From contig JALDZS010000102.1 of the NCBI GenBank assembly GCA_022813965.1, forward strand, positions 1-64,000: DNA of 64,000 bases, given 5' to 3'. Every line of letters begins with the position of its first letter. Within the stretch, counting starts at the first letter, position 1. The position numbers were made by a program, and so were the translations under genes. The DNA comes from Toensbergia leucococca. Its lineage: Eukaryota. Below the pieces are notes generated by a model. It made no database searches and was not told the origin of the DNA. It saw only the letters and a list, made by a program, of their open reading frames with translations. Below, one piece after another: positions 22,718-36,465 of the stretch.

Positions 22718-23199
22718 CTTCTAGCTGAAATTGAGTCGCAAACAGATAATGTCTGGATAGTACTGAAGCTAGGGTTTAGAGATGGCCTGGTAGTAGCGAC
22801 GATATGACCCGGTAGTGCTCGAAATACGATTGGAGGAAAGCTTGATAGGAGCAAAGATATCAAGGGATGTACTGCCTTGGCTGAAACTCAAGAAAACGTT
22901 GCTGTGGAGCACGATGGATGATTGCACACGACTCAAAGCGAACGTCTTAGACACAAAAACACATCATACAAGGCAAGGCAGGATGGTTTCGCATAGCGGT
23001 AATCCTCTACGGCATCAAGGATGCGAATCAATCTCCATATCGGCGGGGGCCTGGTGATTCACCTACGTTTACTTCATAGATAGGTATCTACCTAGATTAC
23101 TCAAGACTCTTTCTCACAAAAGCCCGTCCAAGTGAGTGACTCGCTTCTGCAACCCTAACGGCTAATTGACCCACCGTTCCGTTCTTTCAGGGAGAGTCT

Positions 23200-23950
23200 G
23201 CAAGCTTGTAAATACAATAAATCCCCTTTGCCCCCTTAGATATAGTAAGCGCACGGCAGCACAAAAGCAACCATCCCCATGCAGCCTCCCAACCGTTTTT
23301 ACCCCCCCCCCAACAATATCTCCAAGAATCACCCTATACAAGCGAGTGCCTCGCCAAAGCAACCCTAACAGGCCAATCATCCCGCCGCTCCCAACCCCCC
23401 TTTTTTCCCAGCACACTACTCCTCAAATAAATCAACGAGCAAGACTTCCGTGCGCCTTGAGAGAGAAAACACCCAACCTCACACTAGAGAAAGATAAGAA
23501 AGAAAGACAGGATCTGGGAAAAGGTAAACTCCAGAGATATTTAAATATCCACCTCACCACTCCAACGACCCGCACCACCTCCTCTCGGAAATTACGTCTA
23601 TTCTGATGCGTTGTGTCTAATGGGAGGTTTGAGAGGGAGATTAGACCGGTGTGCCGCCATCGCCATCGCGGTAATTAAAAAAGTGCTGAGGGAAATAGAG
23701 CTACTGCATCATCCGTTCCACACAAACTGCCGGAATGGAGGGTTTTCAGTCGGTCCGAAAGCGCAAGGACGGCTTGTTATTATTTTCGGATGAGAGAGTG
23801 GGCTACATGTTTTTGTTTTTGAGCAAAGGGAAACCCCCTTCCTAACCAATAAAAGATCAAGAAAAACTTAATTATACCCACTTCCCTGGCTCCCAGATCC
23901 CACAAAGGAGAGGGAAAAAATGGTGGCAGGAACCGCGGTTAGTGATCCGT
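23200..23950 (-). pseudogene. Possible heavily degraded BTB/POZ-domain gene
   Basis: The minus strand near 23670-23800 translates SENNNKPSL...PAVCVERMMQ*LYF...NYRDGDG, resembling the fungal BTB pattern (VERMxxYLY..DY). Many stops, frameshifts and homopolymer runs. Confidence 0.3.
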
Positions 23951-24915
23951 AGGCCACAACAACAAGGAAAACATTAATCCATAAATGGTACTAACCCCGT
24001 ATCGAGTTCCTATCTCACAACCATCCTCACTACCTACAGCAACCTCTACCACCCTTTCCCCGACATAAAAACTTCAATTTGGGTGGATGGAGAATGGCCT
24101 TTTTCGAGAGGCCTACCTACCTACCAGCATCTTCAACTGTTCCTCAGAGTAGAGGAACCCGGGAGATAGAAAGTGAGATTATTAAGGTGAGGAGCGAGTT
24201 GGGAATCACATCTTCCTGACTCTGAGCGGGTGGCGGGGACGAGTCCGATAATCTATTTCTGCTGGAATGGGAATCTCATCGGGGTCGTGAGGCGGGGCGG
24301 GGCGTCGAGGGTTCGGTCTGGTTGATGGCAAGTGCGTCGGGTTGGGATTGTGAGCGGGATTGCGTTTGCAATGTCTTGGTGGGGTTGTAGATGGGTCTTT
24401 AGAGAATGGGAAGGCTCGGAGCTACCTTTGGGGATGGTCTTGTTCTCGGATTTGTGGCTTCATGGTGAGATTGTTTGGGGTTCGGGGTGAGATCTCAATG
24501 CCTAGCTCTTCTAAAGACTAATTTGTAACTGCAAAGAGTCAATGAGCACCGCCTTTGGCATCATTTGCCTGTAACTTTCGACCTTGTGTCAACTTCTGGC
24601 CTCCCGTTTGCACTGCCCGCCTTACTTGTGTGATCGGCAAGCTTTAGATTGTTTCGAGCCTCGGCTTCGTGATTGATACTCTAAAATCTCTTCTTGCCTT
24701 TGCCACGAGATCCTATTGAATTGCTATTCTCCTAGCTTTTGCATTGGGTAATGCATAAGTATAATGGGAATATACTAAAATAATCTCAATTGCCCAGGCT
24801 CAAGATGTGCTTCATTCATTTAGATCAGATTTGACTAGAGACTTGAGATGGGTGCTGCTTGGTTGCAACATGATATGATAGGCCCATGTCATTCATCAAA
24901 ATCAAGTATTCCTAC

Positions 24916-27295
24916 TTAGGACAGCTTGCTTCCTGTATGCCCTACCTTTTCAACAGATGCCACGTTCCTGCAGTTATCCCCTGAAGGAAACATGTATCTG
25001 CCAGTGCTGACGGTGGTTGGCCACCCTGCATGCTTGAATGCAGCTTTGGCAAGAGTCATCAGCATCAGATCACTGCCTTTTGTGATTTAGCTAGGGTATA
25101 GGACGACTATGCAGAGATCACTTGCCGCTTGCTCCCACCAAGGAACCGACAATTGGACGGTGCTCCAACCGGCCAGACACACGAGAGTGGTAAGGGTTTT
25201 GACCAACTGCAGGAATGAATTTGGCGTTGAAAAAGTCCTGGAGTTGTTGGAACTTACTTGGTAAGATTAACTGCGGAAGCTGCAGGATTGGTGCAAGGTA
25301 ATTCTCTGAGAACGTGGGTGTAGAACTTGGTGGGCTGGTTTTTCATGTCACTAGCAGCCCTTGAAACTCGAAATCTGATATACGTACCTGTTGGGAGCAT
25401 CACGATACTTTGGTCCTCCATTGCCGCTTGGCATAATCAAGATGGCATCGGAGCCGGTTGTACTATCCACATTCATGATCGACTCGATTACCCAATCACG
25501 AAACACCTTCAATTCCGCTAATCCTTCATCTCGCTCCTCCTTGGTGACTTTGACGCCATTCTCCCTAGGATACCGTCAGGACACGTACATACCGTGGTAG
25601 GTATGGCAAACCATCGGAATCGCATATAAGGACCAATGAATGGTTCCTTGTCAAACTTGTGTTTGTAATCGGCTCGAAATTGATCATATTCATGAAAGCC
25701 ATCGTAAAAGAAAGGGTAATATCCACTCTATCCACATCAGCATATCAAATTTAGCCTATCTAAATGCTCACCTTTGACAAGAAATCTTTAAGGGGTCTTC
25801 CCTCGGCACTTCTAGGAGGGCATTGCGCCCAGCGCTCAACGAAGCTGAATGTGGTTTTCTTCACGCCAAGAAAGTCCTCGAGCACTTCCACATAGTCATC
25901 CACCATTGCCTGCTGGTTAGTATTGCTGTGGGGAAAAAAGTCTGTAGGGTACAATATTCGTTTCGGTAGCTGTAGGTATCAGCACTGGTAGTAAGACAAA
26001 CGCTTGTAAACGTACGGAAGCGAAGTCTTTAAGATTAAGAGATGATTTTGCCAAACGGTAGAGCGACTCGAGGTCTCGACTCAACAACCCAATTGTATCA
26101 TATGCACTATTTTGCCTCAGTAGAATGTCAACAGCGCCGTTAAGATCAGATCCTTACTGGCACTGTTTCACTATTCCGCTCATGGATCCGGAACCCCATG
26201 TTGACCTCAAAGCGTAGAGACCGCAGCAAGTTGCAGGTGCTCGAATACTCCCAGTTGCTAATACTCGTCAGCTGGAAATCTGGTACGCCAGTGGGACATA
26301 CTATCTGTGCCAATCGAAAAGTCAAGCCAATGGTAGCCTGCTAGGGCAGCAGCGCCGCCGTTTGTGCTACCAGATGGAGATTGATACATGTCGCCGCGAG
26401 GATTAAAGGGGCAGTGATAGTCAATCCACTGATCTGTCGGTTCCTCGGCAGAAGCAAAAGCACTCATTTTTGTCTTTCCAACTATGACTGCCCCGAGATC
26501 CAAAAGCTTCTGGACCTGGACCGCCGACTCCTTCTTCGGACCATAGAGTTCAGTATAAGCCCGGTTGGTCATGGTAGACTTGATACCTGCAAGAGCAAAA
26601 TTATCTTTTATGGTAATTCGCATTCCAGCCAGTGGTTTCTCCTGTGATGTCATTGCGTATAGACGACTTGGTACCGCAGCTGACTTGTATACTCCGTCAG
26701 GTGCCATCGACTGCAAAGAGGAGAAGCTAGCATGTCGTCAGAAGCTGAAAATAGATGAAGAAGCTTGTAGGGGACTCGCCGGAGGGGTTTGGTAGCATCA
26801 TCGGGTACGGTAGTTTGCATGAATGCATCCAGATGATCAGAGTATAAACGCCATGCTTGATGGATATTCCGACCCTGAAGGAAATATGGACCTGATGGTA
26901 ATAATAATGCCGTCGATTCTGCTCTGGAGCTAAAGAGGCTGCCGAACTCGACGTCTGTAAAGCGCGTGATATCGCTTTTGAGTCGCTCCACATCAGTGTT
27001 GACTCCAGGAGGTACTTGGATCACCAACGAGTCATGAAATTCTGCAGAATAGACATCGTCGATCTCTGCGAAATGCTGAAGCGTATTGGCAATTGACGCC
27101 GCATCGATATGGCCACTTTTTGTCGACATCAGCAGGACTGGACTGGCATGGGTTGCAAAATTTTGTGTATTGACAACACCCTATCCTGCTTTAGCTTCAG
27201 CGGGCTCGCTCAGGCTTGCGTAGACTCACCACAACCTCGTGGTGTACCAAGTAATCCACACCATTCAAAACGACCTGGGGCATCTTCAGGAACAT
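24916..27295 (-). CDS. Amidase signature family protein (fungal GatA-like amidase with Arp1-N-like N-terminus), multi-exon
   Basis: [83 protein letters not shown] and GSDLML. The exons join in frame using GT-AG introns plus two GC-AG introns. Confidence 0.85.
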
Positions 27296-27562
27296 CACGG
27301 ATGGTGGTGATGCGATCGACTCAATAGCAACACGGGGTGTACTATCTTGTATATGAAGTAGGTCCGGCAATGTAGACCCATGTGCGAGACGGTTGGCCGC
27401 TCACCCGCAAGAGGCTGATGAATGATGAATGATGATTACGCCCGCCTGGCAGTGCAGTCCGTGTGTCATTCGGCGTGCCAGCCCCACTTGTGCCCCGCTG
27501 ATATGAAGTACGTCTCAACATGTTGAGACTCTTGACCGGGACGACGAGGCTGTGGATGATGA

Positions 27563-28332
27563 GTGATAAGATTGCATGCACACCCCCCGGGATCCATCAC
27601 CTCTTTTGTCAAGGGGATAGCTGGCCACCTCTTGATCACGGAGATAGTGTATTTTTCGAATAGCGAGAGAGTCAAGTTTAAGAAGTCATATGCTATCGCT
27701 TTCTCTGTTGTGGATCGTCCGGGGGTAAAAGGATCCAACCATGAGTTCGATGCCCGTTCAGCAACAACTTTCGATGTGCGAGAGCACGGCCAATGGCTCT
27801 GCCTCATGTAGACTACATACCAGACCATGTAAGTCAACTCAAGAAGACGCTGGCTGGCCAGCATCCGGAGCCCTTGGAAAGAATTTTTCAAGATACTGAA
27901 GCAAGTACATCCGTTTCCATACCTCTGGTAGGACTTCGCGCTGATATACTTAGCCTTTGGCGTCTACTGAAGGGTCCAAACAATGATTGGCCTCTGGCTT
28001 TATGCGATTGCCGTACAGTTGACCATACTCAAGATGCTGTAAAGAACAATACACTCTTTCGAGAAGATCTAGGAAAGAATGTGTTACTGAAGCACAACGC
28101 CAAGCATAGGTGATACTATATAAGCAACCGACACGTTGACGACGTAATCGTCTTTCGAAATGCCAAGACAGGTTATCGCGGGAGCCCTTGTGAGTTGCCA
28201 TCTTTGACGGTGCTTGGGAAGAGCTCATGTTGGGTAGATGCATGGCATGCCTCGTTTTTCAATCCGCGCACGGACATTGCACAATCAGCTCGGAGAGGAA
28301 GTATAGAGGTAAGGATCGCTGCCTTTACTTAA
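27563..28332 (+). pseudogene. AsaB/CmcJ-like hydroxylase-desaturase (7-alpha-cephem-methoxylase P8-like) pseudogene
   Basis: Family motifs PHVDY, LSLWRLLKGPNNDWPLALCDCRTVD, HASF and RGSIEVRI. HRW-YY is interrupted by TGA at 28111-28113. The N-terminal part (KKSYAIAF...DVR) is in another frame and sits unusually close to HVDY, implying an internal deletion. Confidence 0.75.
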
Positions 28333-28359
28333 TCCGACGTAGTGGTAGCCATGTTTGAG

Positions 28360-29713
28360 TCAGTTAGAATCAAAGTTGCGATCTTTATGAACTTTCTTAT
28401 CCTCTTCCGGATTGTGGACACGCTTCTTCTTGTAAATTACCAAGATGCCTGATTCCCAGCTTAAGACGGTGTAGGTAAAGCCAACGATAAGAATAGCGAC
28501 CAGAAAGAATCCAAATAGGTGGATTCTTAGCAAGTTCAGCCACATTCCTTCCAAAGGCACTGGCAACAAAGCTCATAGGGACGAAAGTAAAGGCAAGCTT
28601 AGTCAGGCGATTTACTTGAGAAGAGTCCTTGACACTGCGCTGGGACGCTTCTAGGAAGCGGCACCGAGCAAACAGTTACTGATGACTTCATAGCGAGCTG
28701 ACACGTCGTTACAGCGTCCAAATATCCACTTGTGGTCTTATTTCAACGTTGGCTGAGAGCTTGTCTTGCAGGTATCGTTTCATTCTGTCGATGAAGCTTA
28801 TGTGGTAGCGGAGTTGTTCAAGCGCTGAGTCAACATCGTTGGTAGTGGCAAATTGGCAGATGCGTACGAGCAATGAGAGGGTCATAGCGATGTATTGAGT
28901 CTATCTTTGAACGTTAATAGCCTTTATCCCAGATCTCAAATGTTGGCGAATCAAATTCGGCAGATACGTCTTTGTATGGCACGGCGGGTATAAATTCCGC
29001 TTTTGCATACGTGAACCACGGCAAAGTCTGGAAACCTGACAAAGCATGGCTTGGTCTTGTAGGGTAATGGTCACGTAAAGATCAGCCAAGTTTTCGCTTT
29101 ACCGGCGAATACATGATCAATATAGACACGGTGTGCTCAACACTGAAAAAGTTCGAATTGTGGACATTTGTGCGCCGAAATCTTGTAGCCTCAATATTTC
29201 TTTCCAGAATAGACTTCTCTCTCGAAATAGCTGTTTATCTGCTCAACCGCTGCTCATCGTACAAAGTTTGACCGAATTATATCTGGCCCTTGCCGCTCCT
29301 TTTCGAAGGTGATTAAACGCACGTGGGCTAAATTTCACTGCCTATATGAAATGGCTGGAAGCTCATAAAGCGTACGAGCATGCATCCTACATTGATAGGA
29401 CTTGAGATGGTCCATGGAAGACTCTGGGAATAGCGACAAAATACCACTCGGTAGACTGATTACATCCGGAGCAAAGTAGCCGCGGACTCCGATCAGCTGG
29501 TGGCCATTGAATAGTGCTTGGGATGTCGACCTTGATTACTGGAGATCTTGTGCTCTGTTCAGCTACAAAACCGTTTGTGTTGGCGCAAATATCGTATGCC
29601 TTGAGGTATTGAGAAGTCCAATCAAGAAAAGTTGGCCGACCAGAGAGATAATCAACAAGCTACCCATAGTAGGCTGCGGGTTCGGGACTTCATCGATAAA
29701 AAGACTTGACATG
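28360..29713 (-). pseudogene. CorA-like (Mg2+ transporter-type C-terminus) fungal protein pseudogene
   Basis: 28500-28655 translates LEASQRSVKDSSQVNRLTKLAFTFVPMSFVASAFGRNV (GMN motif reads GRN), then PPIW and a second TM helix. Frameshifts occur on both sides. The 5' boundary is uncertain. Confidence 0.65.
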
Positions 29714-30236
29714 GCGCGTGTATGACTCCATAAGCGTGGGACGAGTCCCCGGGTCGGATAATGACTGAAGCTGGTCACTTACTTGACTCACTGAACTTCA
29801 GAGGCGAGCATGCTCAACGGAAATCATGACTAAGTTTGCCGCTCATGTACATAAGCTTGATCAACTTAGGCGTTTTCAGGCTGAGCATGAAGCTCTAATG
29901 TGGCGTCCTGTTTCTAACACGGTGCAAGCTCATATTCCACGGCGAGCACAAAGATCTAGAACGTGTTCCCATCTTGACCGTGTGTGTATTAGGGGATAGG
30001 GATAGTGGCACGCTTGTATTCTAGTTGGTGCCGTAAGAATTGGGTCTGAACGAGTGTACCTGATGTTCAAAGAAAAAATCAAGTTGTCCCGTCTCAGCTT
30101 GATTCTCATGGCTGAAGGGACGAAGGCATTACTCACGAAGAGGAAAGAAAATCGAAATAAGCAGAAAGTGACTTGGAAATCGGCGCCAAAAATGCACCGT
30201 TATATCCTGAAACATAATGATTCACAGACTGTGATA

Positions 30237-30912
30237 CTCGTGATAACCCATCGATGCGGCAAACTTAACTTTGCGGCACGCTAACCCGATCAGGAACACT
30301 AGTCTTTTTTCTCCTCTTACCTTTCCATCAACATCTCATCATCAGTAGTCATGACGGCTCAGTACATCTGTATGTGACTATCTATCTATCTCTTAACAAC
30401 ACATACTAATCACATAGACTCCCCCAACAACTTTCCTATCAAAAATCAGCCCCCACAAGTCAACGATAACATCATCTTCAAACTTCAACTAAGTAACACA
30501 ACTATCATTCCTATTACTGGCGTGGTAATGATTATTGATACTACGATGATTTACTCAGCCAACAAAGTTAGTATCAGTAGCTATTACCACGTCAGTAATA
30601 GGAATGGTAGTTGTGTTGCTTAGTTGAAGTTCAAAGATGATGTTATCATTGACTTATGAGGGCTGATTTTTGATAGAAAAGTTGTTGAGGGAGTCTATGT
30701 AATTAGTATGTGATTAGTATGTGATGGTAAGGCATAGATAGTCACATACAGATGTACTAAGCTATCATGACTACAGATTATCAATGATGTGAATGAGATG
30801 TTGTTGAAAAAGAAGAAAATGAGGGGGTGGTGAGAGAAAAAAAAGACTAGTGTTCCTGATCAGGTTAGCGTGCCGCGTTGGTAGGGTTGCCGCATTGGTA
30901 GGTTAATATGAG
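30237..30912. mobile_element. Foldback MITE, 676 bp, near-complete palindrome with TA flanks (Tc1/mariner-type non-autonomous element)
   Basis: The left arm (30237-30543) is the reverse complement of the right arm (about 30569-30912), e.g. gcggcacgctaacccgatcaggaacactagtcttttt versus aaaaagactagtgttcctgatcaggttagcgtgccgc. TA lies at 30235-30236 and 30913-30914. The spacer is about 25 nt. Confidence 0.88.
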
Positions 30913-33900
30913 TACACATTCCTCTTCAACATCACAATTCAGATTCTTACAGCCCTAAAAACATCCTTCTCCCTCAAACATTCAGACAGACAATCCCTCT
31001 TCATTTCAAATCCATCTACTCACTGATTCTAATAGCTCAGTAAAGAGGTAACAACGTGTGAGATTCATTGACTTGAAAAGTCAGGTTGAATTGAAGCTTG
31101 AAATATCTATTCTTGATGGCTGATATGCAACCAAAAAAATCTTTGATAATGCCTGATTGTTATCAGCCGTCGTATCTATAGCCTGACAACGGTGCGCCCG
31201 TCCCTCGTCATACCAATTTCAGAATCCCGGTGCTCCATCCCCGTTTGCAGATATGTCCAGGTAGTCAATACTCTGTGTCTCGCTTTCCATGTCTGAGATT
31301 GAGCAACTTTTTTGTTTGGGTTGGCGTCGGACTTTCGGATTTCTGAAATGTGCCTGGGGAAAAAGAGTGTGGCGGTTTGCTTGGCTGATGGCCTGAGGAG
31401 CTTGTGCTATTCTAGAGCGTGAACCACAAGCTTGGTATATTTCGTCCAGTTGATTTCGACCGCTCAGGAGACAAGGCCGTTTCCGAATCTTCTTCTTGAT
31501 GAAGGGAAGGTGCTTTTTCAGTTCTTGTGAAGAAGGGACATGGCGCAAAATCAGTGCATGTCCTCCATACCCTGCCTACTCTTTCTCCTCCTAATGCTCC
31601 CGCTTATCCTTTCAATCGATGAGTCTCCAACCATCATCGCTCATGTCTACCGTACAATCTGAATCATCTAGGCAGAGATGTCTTCCCTGCCTCGCACAAC
31701 TCAAACCTCTGGGCCTTTTTGATATTGGTTCTTTACGTCAATGCTCACAAGGTTTTCCTCCATATCAACGTGTTTGTTCATAACTCAAGAACCTAATCAG
31801 AAGGAACAGTTTTCATTCCTAGTCATCTAACAGCGCAGTTTTTTTGGAACCTTCGGCGCATCGCAACTTTGGCTTGCTTCAAGACTACTCGGTACCTACT
31901 ATCATGTTATTTGTTGCTTCTTCTTCTATACACTGTGAATTTGTACTAACCCGTGTATTAAGAACATTTCCCATGACTTCAAAAGTCTGGCTGAACTCCC
32001 TCCTTGATCATTATCAAAGCCCGTTGCAGTCATGAAACATGAGGATGAAGTCTTGGATTTTTTCTTGAAGTGTTGTGGATGTCATGGTTGTCTGAACCGT
32101 TGATGATTTTTAGTCTTGAAACAACATGAAAATTCGTCATCATTCTTGAACTGCTTATAATGTGCTTAAACTTTTTGTTTAGTGACTGCTTTATTTCTCC
32201 TTGAATTATCAGATTATCTATTTCACTCTGCCGTTGTATCTGAGTCTGACAGTAGAGTGATGAGGTGGATGTCGCTGAGTTGCATGTCTATTGTGCCCCA
32301 TGACATGGGAGATTGTACGTTTTACCGAAAATCCCCTCGGAATACCTGTCTCATTGCGTGGAACATATAATTAATGGAGGATCCGTGGGTAAGAATAGAA
32401 AGAGCTCAATATGATGAAGAGTAAACCTAGGATCATCGAAACTAGATTACAATCGGGCAAAAGTGCCGCTTTTAAGGGAAAAAAGGGACAGCCGGAAGGA
32501 GAGAACATACCCCTTCTGCTCTAATCAACGGAGAGGTTATGAGGGTTGCCATCAGACCTTTTTTCCAGTATTCAGGTTCCGTGGGTGTACTTGATTTCCC
32601 TTCTCTTTGTCGAAATCGGAGTCAATGTTCACGAGGACATTGAAGCCCCTGGCTCGATTCCACATTCCGTTTGCTTCGCCATTACCATCACTGTATTCGA
32701 TGTTTTTCTTCCATGCAGCCGCGGTTGTTTAGCATCGAGGTGAATGTTCCTCAAGACGAGTAGAAACCCTCTGACAAAGCTGTTTTTCAGCATGTTAAAG
32801 CAACTCTGTCTTTTACTTCTGCAGCCTGAGTTAGTCAGGCTCAGGCTTTGATTTCATGTACTCTTCTCTCACCTTTGCACCCACTGCTTCCACCGTGCTG
32901 GTTATCATCTCTAAGTCTCTTATTCCATGACCTCCTCGCCCAATCATCGCTTGTAAGATGTATATGATCTGCGCCTTGAGAGAGTCATAGCAGTATCTCT
33001 GACGCTGTCTCGCTGGCAGTGATCACAATTTGTGCTTCCATTGTTTTTAGGCGTAGCTAGACCGATTCCATAACTCTCAAGGAGCGAAGTAGACCTAAAG
33101 TGTCAACATCTTAGACATCAATTCGTTCTTCCATAGGCAGACGGTCTCTTTGATGGATTGACTGATTTGTCCTGACTGCTAGGAAGTTGTGATGATGATG
33201 GCGCTGAGGTAGTACTAGGACGTTGTGATGGCGATAGTGATGGTGGTGGTGCAAAGATTTTACTTATTTGTGGGATTTTAGGGGGCGGCTGGTCAGGACC
33301 TGCGGTGTTGGAACGTCCCTTCTGTTTCATCTCACATACTTTGGCTACAGTCTGTGACAAGGACATTTCTTTTTTATTGAGCAAAACAGCTTTATCAATC
33401 CTTTCTTCTGTAGTCTTTGTTGCTCCGTGATGCCGCGGTGGAGGTCCCCAGTGCGTAATTTGTGGGACTCTATTATCTAGAGGTTTATGGGATATTACTG
33501 CTCACCCTGCCCCCCTGCTCTCAGTTTTGAAAACGACGCATTTTGCCTGTTCTTCAGTGAAACCCGAGTCTTGACATCGATAACGGTATATTTGCTGTCC
33601 GGAATAGGGTGTCGTCGAATTCGTTGCACGGCTTCTTCTCGCGCATGCGCATCAATTGCAAGTCAGTGAAGAGTTGAAGAAGACTTTTCACTCGCAAAAC
33701 AACTCCTATGGTTTACCGATAGGTAAGCAAGCTCGACCCAGTAGACAAATTTGTAAAGCATACCAAGAGGTATTATGGACGGGAGCTGCCGTCCGCCAAG
33801 TGTTGGTTGGATTGCGAGAGTTTTGGTCCCATACTCCATCATGCCATCCTGCAACTCGTAAATTCACCCCTGAGACCTAGAGAAAATATATATAATGGAG

Positions 33901-36465
33901 GATACCGGAATAACTGGGCCTGCGGCGGCACAAGACGGCGGCTGGCTTCTTCGGCGGTTATTCGTTGCTGAAAGATTGCTTTGTATCCTGCCGCCTGTAT
34001 CTAAGTCTCAGATGATCCAGCCCAGAATAACGCCTGAACAGGTGCTTTGGTCCTGTGATCTATTTGGAAGAACGATACCAAATCCACGAAAAGCCATTTG
34101 ATCTTACGCTCGAGCTCACGCTCGGCTCTGAGGGTAGTGCACGACTGCATGAGAAAATCCTTTCTAGTACAGCCACCGTCTTAAAGAGATGGACCTCGCT
34201 CCATATTCAATTCTTCTCCGCTACGTGGTGGTATGTGTACGTCGCCTCGTAGATGATCTACTGAGGCTTCAATGGCAATCTATTCTTCTCTGAGATGGTC
34301 GGAATAAAGAATGCAGGGTTTACCGGGAACCCCTTATCCGGTATGTGCTCGCTATCATTTTTCGGTTCTGACTTTCTTTCGCTTTTCGAGCTCGTAGCTG
34401 TAACGGTAACAGTATGGCCTGTTGCGCTTTTGCTGTTGATTAGTGCTGAAACCCAAACAATCAGATGAGTTGAAAGATTCGGGGTTTCTTCAGTATACGC
34501 CAAGCGCTCAGCCATAGGCTCGTAGAAATCCTGCAAAAGTTATCAGCAACGTATGTGAAACGAGGACTGAAACTCACGTTGTCATTGAATATCCGTTGCA
34601 ATACGCTGCCCTCGGGTCCAGGAGAAAACCCACTGGAAACAGCAGCTTTTAGTCTACTAGGGGGTTTTTCCTCTTCTTCCTCTCCTGCAAGAGTAGGGAA
34701 ATAGGGACCAATGCGGAGAGACAGAACGCCCAACAGTGGATGCCAGTAAGGTCTTCTGGAAGGCATCGGTGTCTGCTTTCTTAGCAGCACGGTCTTTCTT
34801 CATTCTTCATCCTTTCATTTCTCTAGCTATAATGCAGCTTGACGTCTAGTCTCTCAGAGATCCGCTATCTAAGCCGTAGGAAAAGGTGTAGGTAAGGCGG
34901 GTGCATAGATATTCGAATAGAAAAGCTACCGATAGACTGTCATGAGAGGACTTGGTCTGGGCCAGTAAGGAGAAAGGTTCCAAAAGTGCTATTGGGACCG
35001 GAGCCTATGGGAGGAGTAGAGCGAGTAAGGAGAATTCAGGGCGGGATTTAGGGTGAAGTAGTGACTGGCGACAAGGCTCTTAAGATTCTTTTCAGCTCGA
35101 TCAATGTTGAGCCTGTGCACTCCTCCAGGGCGCTGTCCGCAAGCTTCTTTTCTTCTTGCCTCTATGGTTTCTTATTATCTATTTTGTGTTGTCGATGATG
35201 ATTGATGAGAATACCCTTTCGCCTTTTGAGTATTCAGTATCTATAAGATTTATATGGCCTCGAAGTGTAGTGTGGCTTTTCGCGGCTTCACGACCATTCT
35301 CGAGTCGGCTTCGGTAACGGGAAGATTCGTTCCACGCACAAAATGTCATCCACAATTCCATATAAAGGGCGATAAAACCTCCTCCATCATGAATAAAGAC
35401 GCTATAATTATACTCATAGCTCTATGCAAGTAGAACAGGAGGTTTTGGTCCTGTTCTCTGCTTCCATGCTTCTAGCTACTTGTCTGATTGAGGACCGGCC
35501 ATATTGGCAATGAACGTTAATCAGTCGATATTCGCGCTCCAGAACTCAGCAACTGTAGCTGTCGCATACCACGATGCACACGAAGGGTTTTCTTCTCCAC
35601 CCAAGGGATTGAATTACTCGAAGCTATTCTTAGTCCACTTAGTCCACCAGTCCATCATATTTCTGGTTCAAAGCTTCGAAAAAATGTCTGTCAACGGTAC
35701 CGTGTAGGTTCAAATAGTACCTAGGTGTTCGAAGACTTTTCCCAGGAGATTTATTCTGGCAAGCGGAAGGTATCGTGTTTATTCCAGCCTTCCAATCGTA
35801 GACGGTCATCAACATATGCCTGAATAATCGATATGTCTGAAAAGTCATCCTCTTGTTTCTTGACCTTGTCGTGGTTCAAGCTGTTAAGCAGGCATTTTCT
35901 CGCCGAGGACATACGGACTTCCTCTGGTATTGTTGAAGAAGAAATAGTATCCATCAACGAGCGTCGAGTTATGTCAGGTCTGATGGTTGGTTGCAGAATA
36001 GGCTAGATTGGACATTACCAGCCCCAAGTCAAGAAAGAAAATCCGCTCACATCTGCCGGATGAGAGGTCAAAGTCAAGCCATCTTTGGAGCTGCCTCAAT
36101 GCATTGGTTCAGCACGTTTTAGTCGAGGGTAAAGGTAAACGCGGTAATTGGTGCCTCCTTGATACTATCCGCAGTCCATTTTCTAAAGTACTCCTTGTTT
36201 ACATAGGGCTCCGTGGAGACATTTAAAGGGCCCTATATAGGTCTCAGACTACTGCTCCGATGCCTATGCCTCTATTATCGGTTGATTTAGTGCTCGAGCT
36301 TTGTCAGCTGTGTGTGTACCATTCATATGATGTGGCGTTATGTTTCAGTGCTTCATGGATGTAATAATATTGGCTTTGACAGCTATTTCACATGTATCCC
36401 ACGGCGTACATTCTTAACTGAAGCCTTTCACATTTCTGAAGACTCGAAACGAAGATTAATTAATC

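Noticed and set aside
25085..25125. TCTGCATAGTCGTCCTA in the amidase GC-AG intron resembling the mini-element 5' end
   Set aside because: The match is only about 16 nt with a gap and a mismatch, with no hairpin or CAT tail. It is probably chance unless the intron proves lineage-specific.
36302..36381. TGTCA...TGACA 80-bp segment as a solo LTR beside the gag-like relic
   Set aside because: It is too short, has no 5-bp TSD (agctt versus gctat) and has no second copy.
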